A DNA stretch of 64,000 bases from a bacterium. Its GTDB lineage: Bacteria; UBA8248. Below the pieces are notes generated by a model, which was given only the letters and a program-made list of their open reading frames with translations, made no database searches and was not told the DNA's origin. This document shows, piece after piece, positions 49,590-59,526 of this stretch (position 1 is its first letter; each line of letters starts with the position of its first letter). The stretch is taken from positions 2,240,001 through 2,304,000 of the forward strand of contig OZ253442.1 in NCBI GenBank assembly GCA_965261085.1, read 5' to 3'. The position numbers were made by a program, and so were the translations under genes.

Positions 49590-50681
49590 ATGTCAGAAGC
49601 AACAGAAGCCCAGATTCTAGAGGCTCTGAAGAAGGTGCGAGACCCTGAGGTCGGAAAAGACCTCGTGAGCCTCAACATGATCAAGGATGTGCAGATTTGT
49701 GGAGATGCAGTCGCTTTCACGCTGCAGTTGACGACGCCTGCGCATCCGCGCAAAGAAGAGTTCGAACAGGAATGCAAGCTGGCCGTCGGTTCTTTGGAGA
49801 ACGTGAATTCTGTGAACGTCCGTGTGACCAGCCACGTCACCGCGCGGCCCTCTATGGCGGGCAAAATGGACATCGCGGGTGTGAAGAACATCATCGCCAT
49901 AGCAAGCGGGAAGGGCGGTGTGGGCAAATCCACTGTGGCGGTGAACATCGCGCTAGCCTTGAGGAAAGAAGGCGCGAAGGTGGGGATACTGGACGCCGAT
50001 ATTTACGGACCGAGCCAACCCCTGATGCTGGGGATTCCCAAGGCGCAGCCCATAGCGGCGGGGGAGAACAAAATAAACCCCCTGGAGGCGCATGGACTGA
50101 AAGTCATGTCGATGGGGTTTCTGGTCGATGAGGACAGCCCCGTCATCTGGCGCGGCCCCATGGTGATGCGGGCGCTCGTGCAGTTTTTGAGCGAGACGAT
50201 TTGGGGGGAACTCGACTATCTGGTTCTGGACTTGCCTCCCGGCACCGGCGACGCGCAATTGACCATCGTGCAGCAGGTGTCTCTGGCGGGCGCCGTTATC
50301 GTCACCACACCTCAGGATATCGCTTTACTCGATGCGCGCAAGGGCCTTCAGATGTTCAGAAAAACCGACGTGCCCATCCTCGGCATTATCGAAAACATGA
50401 GCTATTACATGTGTCCCGAATGCGGGCATCGTGAAAACATTTTCGACACGGGCGGCGGGGAGAAAGCCTCCCAGCGCTATGAAGTCTCGTTTTTGGGGGC
50501 CATTCCACTCGATATCAAAGTGAGGATGGGAGGAGACTCCGGCGTGCCCGTCGTAGCGGGAGAGCCTGATCATCCGACGGCGAGGGCTTTTCGCGAGGCG
50601 GCCAGAAAAGTGGCTGAGCAGGTGGCTATCGTCAACGCATCAGGGCCCATATCGGTGCCTGAACTCAAGATCATCGGGTAG
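49590..50681 (+). CDS. apbC: Mrp/NBP35/ApbC Fe-S cluster carrier ATPase
   Basis: SGKGGVGKST, DADIYGPS, WRGPM, DLPPGTGD and CPEC motifs. Confidence 0.95.
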   Translation: MSEATEAQILEALKKVRDPEVGKDLVSLNMIKDVQICGDAVAFTLQLTTPAHPRKEEFEQECKLAVGSLENVNSVNVRVTSHVTARPSMAGKMDIAGVKNIIAIASGKGGVGKSTVAVNIALALRKEGAKVGILDADIYGPSQPLMLGIPKAQPIAAGENKINPLEAHGLKVMSMGFLVDEDSPVIWRGPMVMRALVQFLSETIWGELDYLVLDLPPGTGDAQLTIVQQVSLAGAVIVTTPQDIALLDARKGLQMFRKTDVPILGIIENMSYYMCPECGHRENIFDTGGGEKASQRYEVSFLGAIPLDIKVRMGGDSGVPVVAGEPDHPTARAFREAARKVAEQVAIVNASGPISVPELKIIG

Positions 50682-50840
50682 AAAAGATAACAATGGCGGA
50701 CGCCCCCGTGCGGGAAGTCCGGGCTCGCAATTCCGCCTCAGACCAGCGAATCATCTTTTAGCCCATTGACCGCTTCGTTCGAGGATGTAGCTTTCCTCAG
50801 GCGAGGTGTGCGGGCGATTTCTCATAAAAGGACTTATATC

Positions 50841-51788
50841 TTGGCGAAAGTAGTGTTGATCGATCCGCTTTACTCGACTCCAGCGTGGAATGTGGCTTCC
50901 GATTGGCTGGGTGCGGAGCACGAAGTCGTCGCTCCGGATGAATACACCCCGGCGGCCATAGAGCCGTTGCTGCCGGAGGCGGAGGGCATACTCACTGTGT
51001 TCCGGCCCGTCTCGCCCGAGATGATGGACATGGCGCCCAATCTCAAGGTGGTGGCCAAGCCGGGCGCAGGCGTGGATAACATCAATGTCGATGCGGCCAA
51101 TGAGCGGGGCGTCATGGTGTGCAACGTCGAGGGCGTACGGGGACGCTCCGTGGCGGAGCACGCTTTTTTCATGGCGCTGTATCTCGCGCGCCACGCCTGG
51201 ATGCGGGATGAGCAGGAAACTTGGGAGCATGTGCCCGCGGTGCAATTGGGCGGCAAATCGCTCGGCATCGTGGGTCTTGGAGATATCGGACGCAGTGCGG
51301 CGCGTATCGGCGATGGTTTCGGTATGGAGCTGCTCATCAACACGCGCACGGAAGATCCTTCCTACGTGCCCGAGGCGAAGCTCGAATTCCTGTCTTTTGA
51401 GGCGCTATTGCCGCGCGTTGATTTCCTGATTCTGTGCATGCCCCTGGCCCCAGAGATGCGGGGCATCATGAACAAGGAAAACATCTTGAAAATGAAACAA
51501 GACGCCATTCTCATCAATGTTTCGAGAGGTCCCGCCGTGGTGAGTGATGATCTTCTGGAGGTGATGCGCGACGGCCACCTCGCAGGTGCTGGGCTTGATG
51601 TCACCGACCCTGAGCCTCTGCCGAAAGACCATGGCTTGTGGGGTTTGGAGAACGTCATCATCAGCCCGCACCATGCTTCCCGGACGCCGGAGACGCAGGT
51701 TGCCGCCATGGAGCGCACGGCGGAGAACATGCGCAAAGCCCTGGCCGGTGAAAAACCCGTCAATATCGTGAACCCAGAAGTCATGTAA
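50841..51788 (+). CDS. D-2-hydroxyacid dehydrogenase family protein
   Basis: GAGVDNI, GLGDIG, INVSRG, LDVTDPEP and SPHHA motifs; start approximate. Confidence 0.9.
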   Translation: MAKVVLIDPLYSTPAWNVASDWLGAEHEVVAPDEYTPAAIEPLLPEAEGILTVFRPVSPEMMDMAPNLKVVAKPGAGVDNINVDAANERGVMVCNVEGVRGRSVAEHAFFMALYLARHAWMRDEQETWEHVPAVQLGGKSLGIVGLGDIGRSAARIGDGFGMELLINTRTEDPSYVPEAKLEFLSFEALLPRVDFLILCMPLAPEMRGIMNKENILKMKQDAILINVSRGPAVVSDDLLEVMRDGHLAGAGLDVTDPEPLPKDHGLWGLENVIISPHHASRTPETQVAAMERTAENMRKALAGEKPVNIVNPEVM

Positions 51789-51843
51789 TCGATTTTCCCC
51801 TATGCCGGACAGGTCGATGCAGGCCGGCCGGGCCGGAGTGTGA

Positions 51844-52701
51844 ATGCCGTTCGAACTGGTCGCCCTGAGCCCGGCTATCTTCTTTTCCCTCTCGAGCATC
51901 ATGACCAGGAGAGGGCTGGACGGCAGTACGCCGCACACGGGGAGTCTGGTCGTCCTCTTCATGCAGTTGTTTTTCTTCTCCTTTTGCCTGGTGGCGGTGG
52001 ATTTCTCCAAAATATCGCCCTCGATCTACTGGCTCGCCTTTCTGTCGGCGGGGCTCTCCTCGCCCGCGTTGTCCCTGTTGTTCCTGTACCGCTCGATCCA
52101 GAGGATCGGCGTGGCCCCCACGAGCGCCATCTCCAATACCCACGCCATTTTCGGGGCGCTTTGGGCTTTCATGTTTTTGGGAGAACGCCCGCCCGTCATC
52201 GTGTGGCTGGGGATTCTCTTCGTGGTGGCCGGTGTTTTCTGGATGTCGAGCGGAGGAGGTCCGCTCGCAAGGGGACGGGTGCTGCTTCTGCCGTTTCTCT
52301 CGGCCGCTTTTTTCGGACTCGCCCACATGCTCAGAAAAATGGGGCTGGGGGGGATGGACTCGCTCGTTTTCGGGGGATTCCTCCAATCCCTCTCGGCGTG
52401 CGCCGTGGGGCCGTTGTTCCTGAAGGCGAGCACGGGGTGGCGCCCGTTCGTGTTCAACCGCCCCTCGCTGATAAATTTCTTCTGGGCGGGGCTTGCGATG
52501 GCGGCCGCCCAGTTATGCCTGATGGCCGCCCTGAGCATGGGAGAAGTTTCCCGCGTCTCGCCCATGGTGGCGACGGTGCCGCTCTTTACGATCGCGCTGG
52601 CGCCCCTGATTCTCGGGAAGCGGGAGAGAATCACGCGGCGCATCGTTTTGGGCGCGCTCTTCACCGTGGCGGGGGTGGTTCTGGTGACGGCGCTCCGATA
52701 G
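51844..52701 (+). CDS. DMT/EamA family transporter
   Basis: About 10 TMs, FMFLGE and EVSRVSP motifs. Confidence 0.87.
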   Translation: MPFELVALSPAIFFSLSSIMTRRGLDGSTPHTGSLVVLFMQLFFFSFCLVAVDFSKISPSIYWLAFLSAGLSSPALSLLFLYRSIQRIGVAPTSAISNTHAIFGALWAFMFLGERPPVIVWLGILFVVAGVFWMSSGGGPLARGRVLLLPFLSAAFFGLAHMLRKMGLGGMDSLVFGGFLQSLSACAVGPLFLKASTGWRPFVFNRPSLINFFWAGLAMAAAQLCLMAALSMGEVSRVSPMVATVPLFTIALAPLILGKRERITRRIVLGALFTVAGVVLVTALR

Positions 52702-52777
52702 ACCAGGGGGTGGGATCCCTGTCGCCGCTAAAGGAAAATTATCCGATAAAACCTTATTATTCAATCATTTAACCATT

Positions 52778-52915
52778 CAGAAATTTATCGAAAAACCCCG
52801 TGAATTTATCGATATTTTCAGAAATTCCTTATTCTCGAACGCGGCGATGCGCTTCGCCATCATACACGCGCGCGCCTTGAGTCCCGCGACGGCAAATGCG
52901 GGGAAATGCGTTTCA
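52778..52915. repeat. dispersed non-coding repeat, copy 2
   Basis: Homologous to 19461-19600. Confidence 0.7.
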
Positions 52916-53213
52916 TCGTCGCCGAACATAGAGAACCGCCACGCCATTATACAGGCGCGCTCCCGATCCTCCCGACGGAAAATGCGGGACGGGCCCTTAT
53001 CCTACAGTCGGCAAAACCTCCCTCCTCGCTCGGAATTCACCACATCCAAAAAAAGGGTTGACAGAATGCGCGATGAGCGTTAATTGAAAATAGATGAATG
53101 TTCAGACATGATGGGGTTTTCTTTCTTATTCTGCAAAAAGACATGAACGGGTTGCAACATAGAGAGCAATGCCGAACGCATCATCCCCTATCGCCCTATG
53201 GGAGGATGACATC

Positions 53214-53570
53214 ATGCAGCAATCTTCTGTAAAGAGCCGTTCCTCCGCGTCCGGCGCCGCCGAGATTCTGCGGCATATTTTCGGGGATATCGAGCACGGG
53301 CTCCACTTGCGCTTGTGGGACGGGTCGGCCCTGTCAATAGGACGCGAGGTGCTCCCCGTCACCTTAACGTTTACGTCACTGAATGCCTTCAAGCGCGTTT
53401 TGTTGAATCCCGAGGCGAATACTTTTGCGGAAGCGTATTGTGACGGAGATATCGAAGTCGACGGGGACTTGTTCGAGGCCATGAAGGCGGCCGACAGCTT
53501 CGACACGATTGAACTGACCACAATGCAAAAATTCATGTTCGCCCTGCGTATATGGAAACTGTCCGAATGA
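53214..53570 (+). CDS. stand-alone N-terminal (lipid-binding) domain of a CFA-synthase-like methyltransferase
   Basis: LRLWDGS and FAEAYCDGDIEVDGDL match the N-domain of Cfa-family proteins; GGAGG before ATG 53214. Confidence 0.75.
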   Translation: MQQSSVKSRSSASGAAEILRHIFGDIEHGLHLRLWDGSALSIGREVLPVTLTFTSLNAFKRVLLNPEANTFAEAYCDGDIEVDGDLFEAMKAADSFDTIELTTMQKFMFALRIWKLSE

Positions 53571-54679
53571 GCGCCTGGGATGTTCTCATCGTCGGAGGCG
53601 GCCCGGGGGGCAGCACGGCCGCCTGGGAGTTGGCGAAGCGGGGCCGCCGGGTATTGCTTCTCGATGCGGCCACGTTTCCGCGCGTAAAACTTTGTGCGGG
53701 CTGGGTGACGAAGAAGGTGATGGCCGACCTGGAACTCGAACCGGGTGAATACCCCCATACCATACAGCCGTTTCAGAGCGTGTTCGTGGGCTATGACGAC
53801 AAGCTCCTCGAGACGAAATGGAGCGAGCCTGCGAGCTACGGAATCATCAGGAGCCAGTTCGATACCTATCTTTTGAGACGCGCGCAGGAAGAGGGCGCCG
53901 AAGTGCGCGAGGGCGTCCGCGTCCGGGGTATCGAGAAAACTGCAGGTGGGATGCGCGTGGATATAGGTGATGAAATTATCGAAGTTCCCCTCGTCATCGG
54001 GGCGGGGGGACATACCTGCCCCGTAGCCAGGACTTTCGGCGACGTCTCCTCGAAAGAATCCGTCGTCCTGACGCAAGAGAGTGAAACGAACGTGGGCGCC
54101 GAAAAACTCCGCGCCCTGGCGCCCCACTACGGTTTGCCCGAACTGTTTGCGGAACCCGACTTCAGGGGTTATGCGTGGTATTTTACAAAAGGAGATTTTT
54201 TGAACATCGGCGTGGGGTGCATCGGCAAGCGCCCGAACGTTCATGAGCGCCTCGAGATTCTGCTCGACAGATTCCGCCGAACGGGGAGGTTGCCCGCGAA
54301 GCTCGAACTCACGAAATTCCGGGGCCACGCCTATTCGGTCTATCGCAGGCACGTTCGCCGGCCGGTGGGCGATGGGTTCGCCTTGATCGGCGACGCCGCA
54401 GGACTCGCTAAGGATTTCAGCGGGGAGGGCATCGGCCCCGCCGTCCATAGTGCTAAAATGGCGGCGCGGGCCGCCCATGCGTATCTGGATACGGGGGAGG
54501 GTCTCGTCGAATACGGTGAGGCGCTTTCCGCGAAATACGGAAGCGGCGGGGAAGGGATGCTCGACAAATTGATCGACCGCGTTCCCGACAATGTTCTTTT
54601 CGGCGTGGCCAGGTTTATTTGCGGCAACGCCTGGCTCAGACGCCGATTGGTTCTGGAAGGCGCATTCGGAATAGGTTAA
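53567..54679 (+). CDS. geranylgeranyl-reductase-family FAD-dependent oxidoreductase
   Basis: DVLIVGGGPGG, FPRVKLCAG, RSQFD, GYAWYF and IGDAAGL..FSGEGI motifs; ATGA overlap with the upstream gene. Confidence 0.88.
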   Translation: MSAWDVLIVGGGPGGSTAAWELAKRGRRVLLLDAATFPRVKLCAGWVTKKVMADLELEPGEYPHTIQPFQSVFVGYDDKLLETKWSEPASYGIIRSQFDTYLLRRAQEEGAEVREGVRVRGIEKTAGGMRVDIGDEIIEVPLVIGAGGHTCPVARTFGDVSSKESVVLTQESETNVGAEKLRALAPHYGLPELFAEPDFRGYAWYFTKGDFLNIGVGCIGKRPNVHERLEILLDRFRRTGRLPAKLELTKFRGHAYSVYRRHVRRPVGDGFALIGDAAGLAKDFSGEGIGPAVHSAKMAARAAHAYLDTGEGLVEYGEALSAKYGSGGEGMLDKLIDRVPDNVLFGVARFICGNAWLRRRLVLEGAFGIG

Positions 54680-54700
54680 AACAACAACATTGAGGCGGCT

Positions 54701-55618
54701 ATGGCAAAAGAGAGAACAAAAGAATTCGATGCCGAGGCGATCTCACACCACTACGACATTTCCAACGAGTTTTACGAGCAGTTCCTGTGCGAGAACTTGG
54801 TGTATACGTGCGCCTACTACCGAGAGCCCGACGGCGATCTCGATCAGGCGCAGCGCGACAAGCTGGATCTGGTTTGCAGGAAGCTCAGGCTGGCTCCCGG
54901 AGATGATTACCTCGACATCGGCTGCGGATGGGGTTCACTGGCGATATGGGCGGCGAAGCACTACGGCGTGAACGCCACCGGCGTGACGCTCTCGCGCGAG
55001 CAGGCGAAATGGGGCCAGGAGTGGGTTCGCCGCGAGGGACTGGAAGGCAGATGCGAAATCCATCACATGGATTATCGGGATTTTCCCGAAGAGAGGACTT
55101 TTGCGAAAATTTCCGCCATCGGCATCATTGAGCACGTCGGCATCGCGAATTACCCGAGCTACTTCACTTCGGTGCGAAATCGTCTGCGCGACGGGGGCTT
55201 GTTCCTGAACCACGGGATTACGACGAACAAATTCTGGAAACACACGAGCCAGATCGATTTTCTGCTTCGCAACGTGTTTCCCAACGCCGAGATGGACAAC
55301 ATCTCTCATATTCAGGACGTGATGGAGCGGATGCGGTGGGAGATTCTGGACGTGGAGAACCTGAGGCTCCACTATGCGCGCACGTGCCAGCAATGGTATG
55401 AGAGATTCGAGGAAAACGCCGAAAAGATAAAGAAACTGGTGGGCGAGCGCACCTACCGGGTGTATCGAATCTGGCTGGTTTGTTCGGCGAACGCGTTTTT
55501 CTGCAATTCGCTGGGTCTCTATCAGGTTCTGGCCCAAAAATATGAAATGAAATATGGCCGTGGCGCGCCGACGACTCGCGAGGATATCTATAGAGCGCTT
55601 CTCGGCCTGGACGGCTGA
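54701..55618 (+). CDS. cfa: CFA-synthase-family SAM methyltransferase, catalytic domain only
   Basis: HHYDISNEFY, YTCAYY, LDIGCGWG, EHVG and HYARTC motifs; begins where the N-domain linker ends. Confidence 0.88.
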   Translation: MAKERTKEFDAEAISHHYDISNEFYEQFLCENLVYTCAYYREPDGDLDQAQRDKLDLVCRKLRLAPGDDYLDIGCGWGSLAIWAAKHYGVNATGVTLSREQAKWGQEWVRREGLEGRCEIHHMDYRDFPEERTFAKISAIGIIEHVGIANYPSYFTSVRNRLRDGGLFLNHGITTNKFWKHTSQIDFLLRNVFPNAEMDNISHIQDVMERMRWEILDVENLRLHYARTCQQWYERFEENAEKIKKLVGERTYRVYRIWLVCSANAFFCNSLGLYQVLAQKYEMKYGRGAPTTREDIYRALLGLDG

Positions 55619-55642
55619 GCAGCACCTGCGCATACGCCCCGG

Positions 55643-56635
55643 ATGAACACGTACGCTTCTTCGCTCACCCCTCCTTTCCGCCCGGCCTGGTATTGCCGGG
55701 GGCGTCACCTCCAAAGTATATGGGGATATTTTTTAAGGGCGCGCCCGCGCGTCGTCTGGCGGCGCGAGCGTTGGGATACGCCCGACGGCGATTTTCTGGA
55801 CGTCGATTTCCTGGATGCAGACGAGCCGGATGCTCCGACGCTGCTCGTGCTGCACGGACTGGAAGGCTCTTCGGACTCTCATTACGTGCGCGGGGCGGCA
55901 GTCAGAGCGCGCACGCTGGGCTGGCGGACGCTGGCGCTCAACTACCGCTCTTGCAGCGGCGAGCCGAACCGGAATCCCAAATTTTATCATTGCGGGGAGA
56001 CGGGAGACCTGGGCTTCGTGGCCGGGCGGATTATCGAGCGTTTCGGTGGCCCGCTCGTGCTCGCGGGCTTCTCCCTGGGGGGAAACGTGCTGCTCAAGTG
56101 GCTTGGAGAATGCGCCGATGGCGTGTCCTCTCGCATACGCGGGGCCGCCTGTATTTCTGCGAGCTTACAGCCCGCCGCTTGCGCGAAGGTTCTCGATTCC
56201 GCGCGGGGCTATTTTTACAGGCGGCACCTGCTGGGCAGCATGAAGGAAAAAGCAGAGCGTTTCTCGGAACTGCACCCCGGCCTCATCGACATCGAGGGGG
56301 TGAGGCGCGCGCGGACTTTTCACCATTTCGACCGCCTGGTCATCGCGCCCCTGTATGGTTTCAGTGATGAGCTGGATTACTACAGACAAGCAGACGCTTC
56401 TCCTTATTTGCCCCGAATCCGGGTGAAAACGCTTATCCTCACCGCGGAGGATGACCCCATCGTTCCGCCCCACGCTTTTCCCCACGATCAGGTGGCGGAT
56501 TCGGATTGGCTGAGCGGCATTTTGGTGAAAAAGGGCGGGCACGTGGGTTTCGTGTCGGGCGGAAACCCCCGCTCGCCGGTCTACTGGGCCGAGGAGCGCG
56601 GGTTCGAATTTTTGGAAAATTGCCTAAAAAGCTGA
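55643..56635 (+). CDS. YheT-family alpha/beta hydrolase
   Basis: HLQSIW, DGDFLD, HGLEGS, GFSLGG, EDDP and GGHVGF motifs. Confidence 0.9.
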   Translation: MNTYASSLTPPFRPAWYCRGRHLQSIWGYFLRARPRVVWRRERWDTPDGDFLDVDFLDADEPDAPTLLVLHGLEGSSDSHYVRGAAVRARTLGWRTLALNYRSCSGEPNRNPKFYHCGETGDLGFVAGRIIERFGGPLVLAGFSLGGNVLLKWLGECADGVSSRIRGAACISASLQPAACAKVLDSARGYFYRRHLLGSMKEKAERFSELHPGLIDIEGVRRARTFHHFDRLVIAPLYGFSDELDYYRQADASPYLPRIRVKTLILTAEDDPIVPPHAFPHDQVADSDWLSGILVKKGGHVGFVSGGNPRSPVYWAEERGFEFLENCLKS

Positions 56636-56644
56636 CTCGGGCGT

Positions 56645-57739
56645 TCAAGCGCCTCTGTCGTATTCCCTTGCCTTGAGTTTCTCGTGGCGCGCCATCGCGC
56701 AGCCGATCAAGCGGTCCAGCATTTCGGGGTAGGGGACGTCCGCCGCCTGGATCATCCGGGGATATCCGCTCAACTGCGTGAAGCCGGGCAGGGTGTTCAC
56801 CTCGTTGATGTAGGTCTCACCCGTTTTCTCACGGTAGAAGAAATCCACGCGGGCGAGTCCCGAGCAGCCCAGGACGCGGAATGCGTTCCGCGCATACGAG
56901 CGGGTGTGCTCGGCGAGGGATTCCTCCACCGGAGCGGGGATGATCAACTCCGCGCGGCCTTCCTCGTATTTCGCCTCGTAGTCGTACCAGCCCGAATGCG
57001 TTCTGATCTCCATGAGCGGACTGGCGAGGATGTCGCCCGGTGAGGGCCCCTCGAGCACGGAGCACTCGAGTTCGCGGCCCTGCGCGTGTTCTTCGATCAG
57101 GACTTTGCTATCGAAGCGGAAGGCGTCTGCGACCGCGTCGTGAAGATCATCGAGCCTCTCCACCAGGTGGACGCCGACGCTGCTGCCGGAAGATGAAGGC
57201 TTTACGAACAGGGGATAGCCGATTTTAGAAGCCGTCTCCTTTGAGAGGGCCTCTCGCGCCGTCTCCCACGTTTCGGGAAACAGCGTGAGAGCGGGCAGAA
57301 CGGGAAGCCCCGCCGCGCGCAGCACCGCCTTGGCCACGGCCTTGTCCATCGTGACTGCGGAGGAGGCGCACCCCGAACCAACGAACGGAACTTCAGCCAG
57401 TTCGAACAGGCCCTGAAGGGTGCCGTCTTCCCCGAAAGTGCCGTGGATAATGGGGAAAAAGACGTCTACCGCGAGAGGCTCATTCTTCCCGGCGTATTTG
57501 AGGGGTTTTCCGCTCGGGGTGCCCGAGAAGAGAACCTCCTCGCCGTCTTCGGGCGGCGCGTCGGGGCTGGGGAGGACGATCCATCCACCCGATTTCGTGA
57601 TGAGCAGGGGATGGACGTCGTATTTCCCGGGGTCCAATTCCGCCATGATGGAGCGGCCCGAATTGCGGCTCACTTCGTGTTCGGTCGAGCGGCCGCCGAA
57701 TACCACGCCGACGCTCATCTTTCGGGATGCTGACGCCAT
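56645..57739 (-). CDS. ddl: D-alanine--D-alanine ligase
   Basis: FGGRSTEHEVS, HGTFGEDG, GSSVG, YDYEAKY and NEVNTLPGFT motifs. Confidence 0.96.
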   Translation of the reverse strand: MASASRKMSVGVVFGGRSTEHEVSRNSGRSIMAELDPGKYDVHPLLITKSGGWIVLPSPDAPPEDGEEVLFSGTPSGKPLKYAGKNEPLAVDVFFPIIHGTFGEDGTLQGLFELAEVPFVGSGCASSAVTMDKAVAKAVLRAAGLPVLPALTLFPETWETAREALSKETASKIGYPLFVKPSSSGSSVGVHLVERLDDLHDAVADAFRFDSKVLIEEHAQGRELECSVLEGPSPGDILASPLMEIRTHSGWYDYEAKYEEGRAELIIPAPVEESLAEHTRSYARNAFRVLGCSGLARVDFFYREKTGETYINEVNTLPGFTQLSGYPRMIQAADVPYPEMLDRLIGCAMARHEKLKAREYDRGA

Positions 57740-57796
57740 TTTCGGCGAATCCTTCCTCGCGGGATGCGGTTGAAGCCTTTCAGGTGGGCGTGGGGC

Positions 57797-58363
57797 TTAA
57801 CGTATCAGTTTCGAGAGGAATTTAAAATCCTCGGTTCCCGCCACGCGGAGTAAATCGAAGAGCGCCTGCTCGGTCGTGGCGGGAATGGCCCCTGCGCGTT
57901 CCAGGGCGGAGAGGCCCGTCCGCCAGTTCAGTTTCGAGCGCGAACAGGTGGCGTCGGCCACCACGTGGACGATGAAGCCGTTATCCAGCAAGTCGAGCGC
58001 CGTCTGGTAGCAGCACACGTGCGTCTCCGCACCCGTGAGCAGTATCTTCGTTCTGCCCGTCTCATGCAGGCGCGGCAGGAACGTCTCCTCCGCGCAGCAA
58101 CTGAACGAAATTTTCTCGATGGGGGAGAACCCAGGCGCCTTCTCCGCCACCGCTTCGACGGTGGGCCCGAGCCCTTTTGGGTATTGCTCGGTGACGAGGA
58201 CCGGAAAATCGAGGCGCGTCGCCGTTTCGGCCAGCGTCAGGATGCGCCCGACGACTTGGGCGCGCACGTCCTCGCGCATGGCGGACATGAGCCTCTCCTG
58301 CGCGTCGACGATGAGCAGGAGGCAGTCTTCGGGTTTGAGTCGAAACGAATCGATGTCCGGCAT
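57797..58363 (-). CDS. isochorismatase-like hydrolase
   Basis: VDAQERL, TEQYPKGLG and ETHVCCYQT motifs. Confidence 0.9.
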   Translation of the reverse strand: MPDIDSFRLKPEDCLLLIVDAQERLMSAMREDVRAQVVGRILTLAETATRLDFPVLVTEQYPKGLGPTVEAVAEKAPGFSPIEKISFSCCAEETFLPRLHETGRTKILLTGAETHVCCYQTALDLLDNGFIVHVVADATCSRSKLNWRTGLSALERAGAIPATTEQALFDLLRVAGTEDFKFLSKLIR

Positions 58364-58518
58364 GCGCTCTCCTCAAGCGGGAAACCGTGAACGAGGCTAT
58401 TACAGCGTCTCTCGGGGGTCAAGGATTGGCCTGATGCCTTGATTCGCGCATGTGCGTGGGATAGCATCGCTGGGCGAAATTTTTCAGCCATCATGGATAT
58501 CAACAAAAGGGGGAAAAC

Positions 58519-59508
58519 ATGCCGGATAAGGCGAAAGTCGTCCTGACCGATTACGTCTGGGATTCTTTGGACGTGGAGAACGAGATTTTGGGAGATCTGG
58601 CCGATATCGTCGCCATGCAGACGAAGACGCCGGCGGAATTTCTCGCAGAAGCCGCCGATTGCGACGCGGTGCTCAACACCTACGCCGGCCCCATCACGCG
58701 AGAGGACATGGCGGGGATGCCGCGTTGCAAGATCATCGCGCGCTACGGCATCGGGGTGGACACCATCGATCTGGACGCCGCCACGGAGGCGGGCATCATC
58801 GTCACGAACAACCCCACCTACTGCATCGAGGAAGTCGCCGAGCACACGATGGCGCTCCTGCTCGCATCGGCGAGAAAGGTGGCCTTCTACGATAGACAGG
58901 TGCGCGCGGGCGAGTGGGCGGTGCCGCCGGGCAAGCCGATGTTCCGCCTCGTGGGCGCCACGCTGGGGCTGGTGGGCTTCGGCAACATCGCCCGCATGGT
59001 GGCCGTTCGCGCCGCTTCGTTCGGGATGAGGGTGCTCTTCAGCGACCCCTTCGTGGAGCAGGGCCAGTTCGATGCGCCCGGGGAAAAGATGGAACTGCCC
59101 GAGATGTTCGCCGAATCGGATTTCGTCTCCATCCATCCGCCGCTCATCCCGCAGACGCGCGGGATGATGAACGACGAGGCGTTCGCGCAGATGAAGAACA
59201 CCGCCGTCATCGTCAACTGCTCAAGGGGTCCGATTATCGACACGGACGCCCTGGTGCGCGCGCTCGATTCAGGCGAAATCGCAGGCTGCGCCCTCGATAC
59301 GACCGACCCCGAACCCCTGCCCGATCCGCACCCCCTGCGGGGGCGTGAGAACGTCATCATCAACCCCCACGCGGCCTGGTATAGCGAAGAATCCATGGTT
59401 GGCCTCCAGCAAGGGGCGCCCAACGAAGTCAAGCGCATACTTTCGGGCGACTGGCCCGTGAATGTGGTCAACAGGGCCGTAAAGGACAACAACCGCGCGG
59501 GTCTGTAG
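58519..59508 (+). CDS. CtBP-like D-2-hydroxyacid dehydrogenase
   Basis: RYGIGVDTID, YCIEEVAEH, GFGNI and NPHAAWYSEES motifs. Confidence 0.92.
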   Translation: MPDKAKVVLTDYVWDSLDVENEILGDLADIVAMQTKTPAEFLAEAADCDAVLNTYAGPITREDMAGMPRCKIIARYGIGVDTIDLDAATEAGIIVTNNPTYCIEEVAEHTMALLLASARKVAFYDRQVRAGEWAVPPGKPMFRLVGATLGLVGFGNIARMVAVRAASFGMRVLFSDPFVEQGQFDAPGEKMELPEMFAESDFVSIHPPLIPQTRGMMNDEAFAQMKNTAVIVNCSRGPIIDTDALVRALDSGEIAGCALDTTDPEPLPDPHPLRGRENVIINPHAAWYSEESMVGLQQGAPNEVKRILSGDWPVNVVNRAVKDNNRAGL

Positions 59509-59526
59509 GTCAAACGCTCGCTCCTC

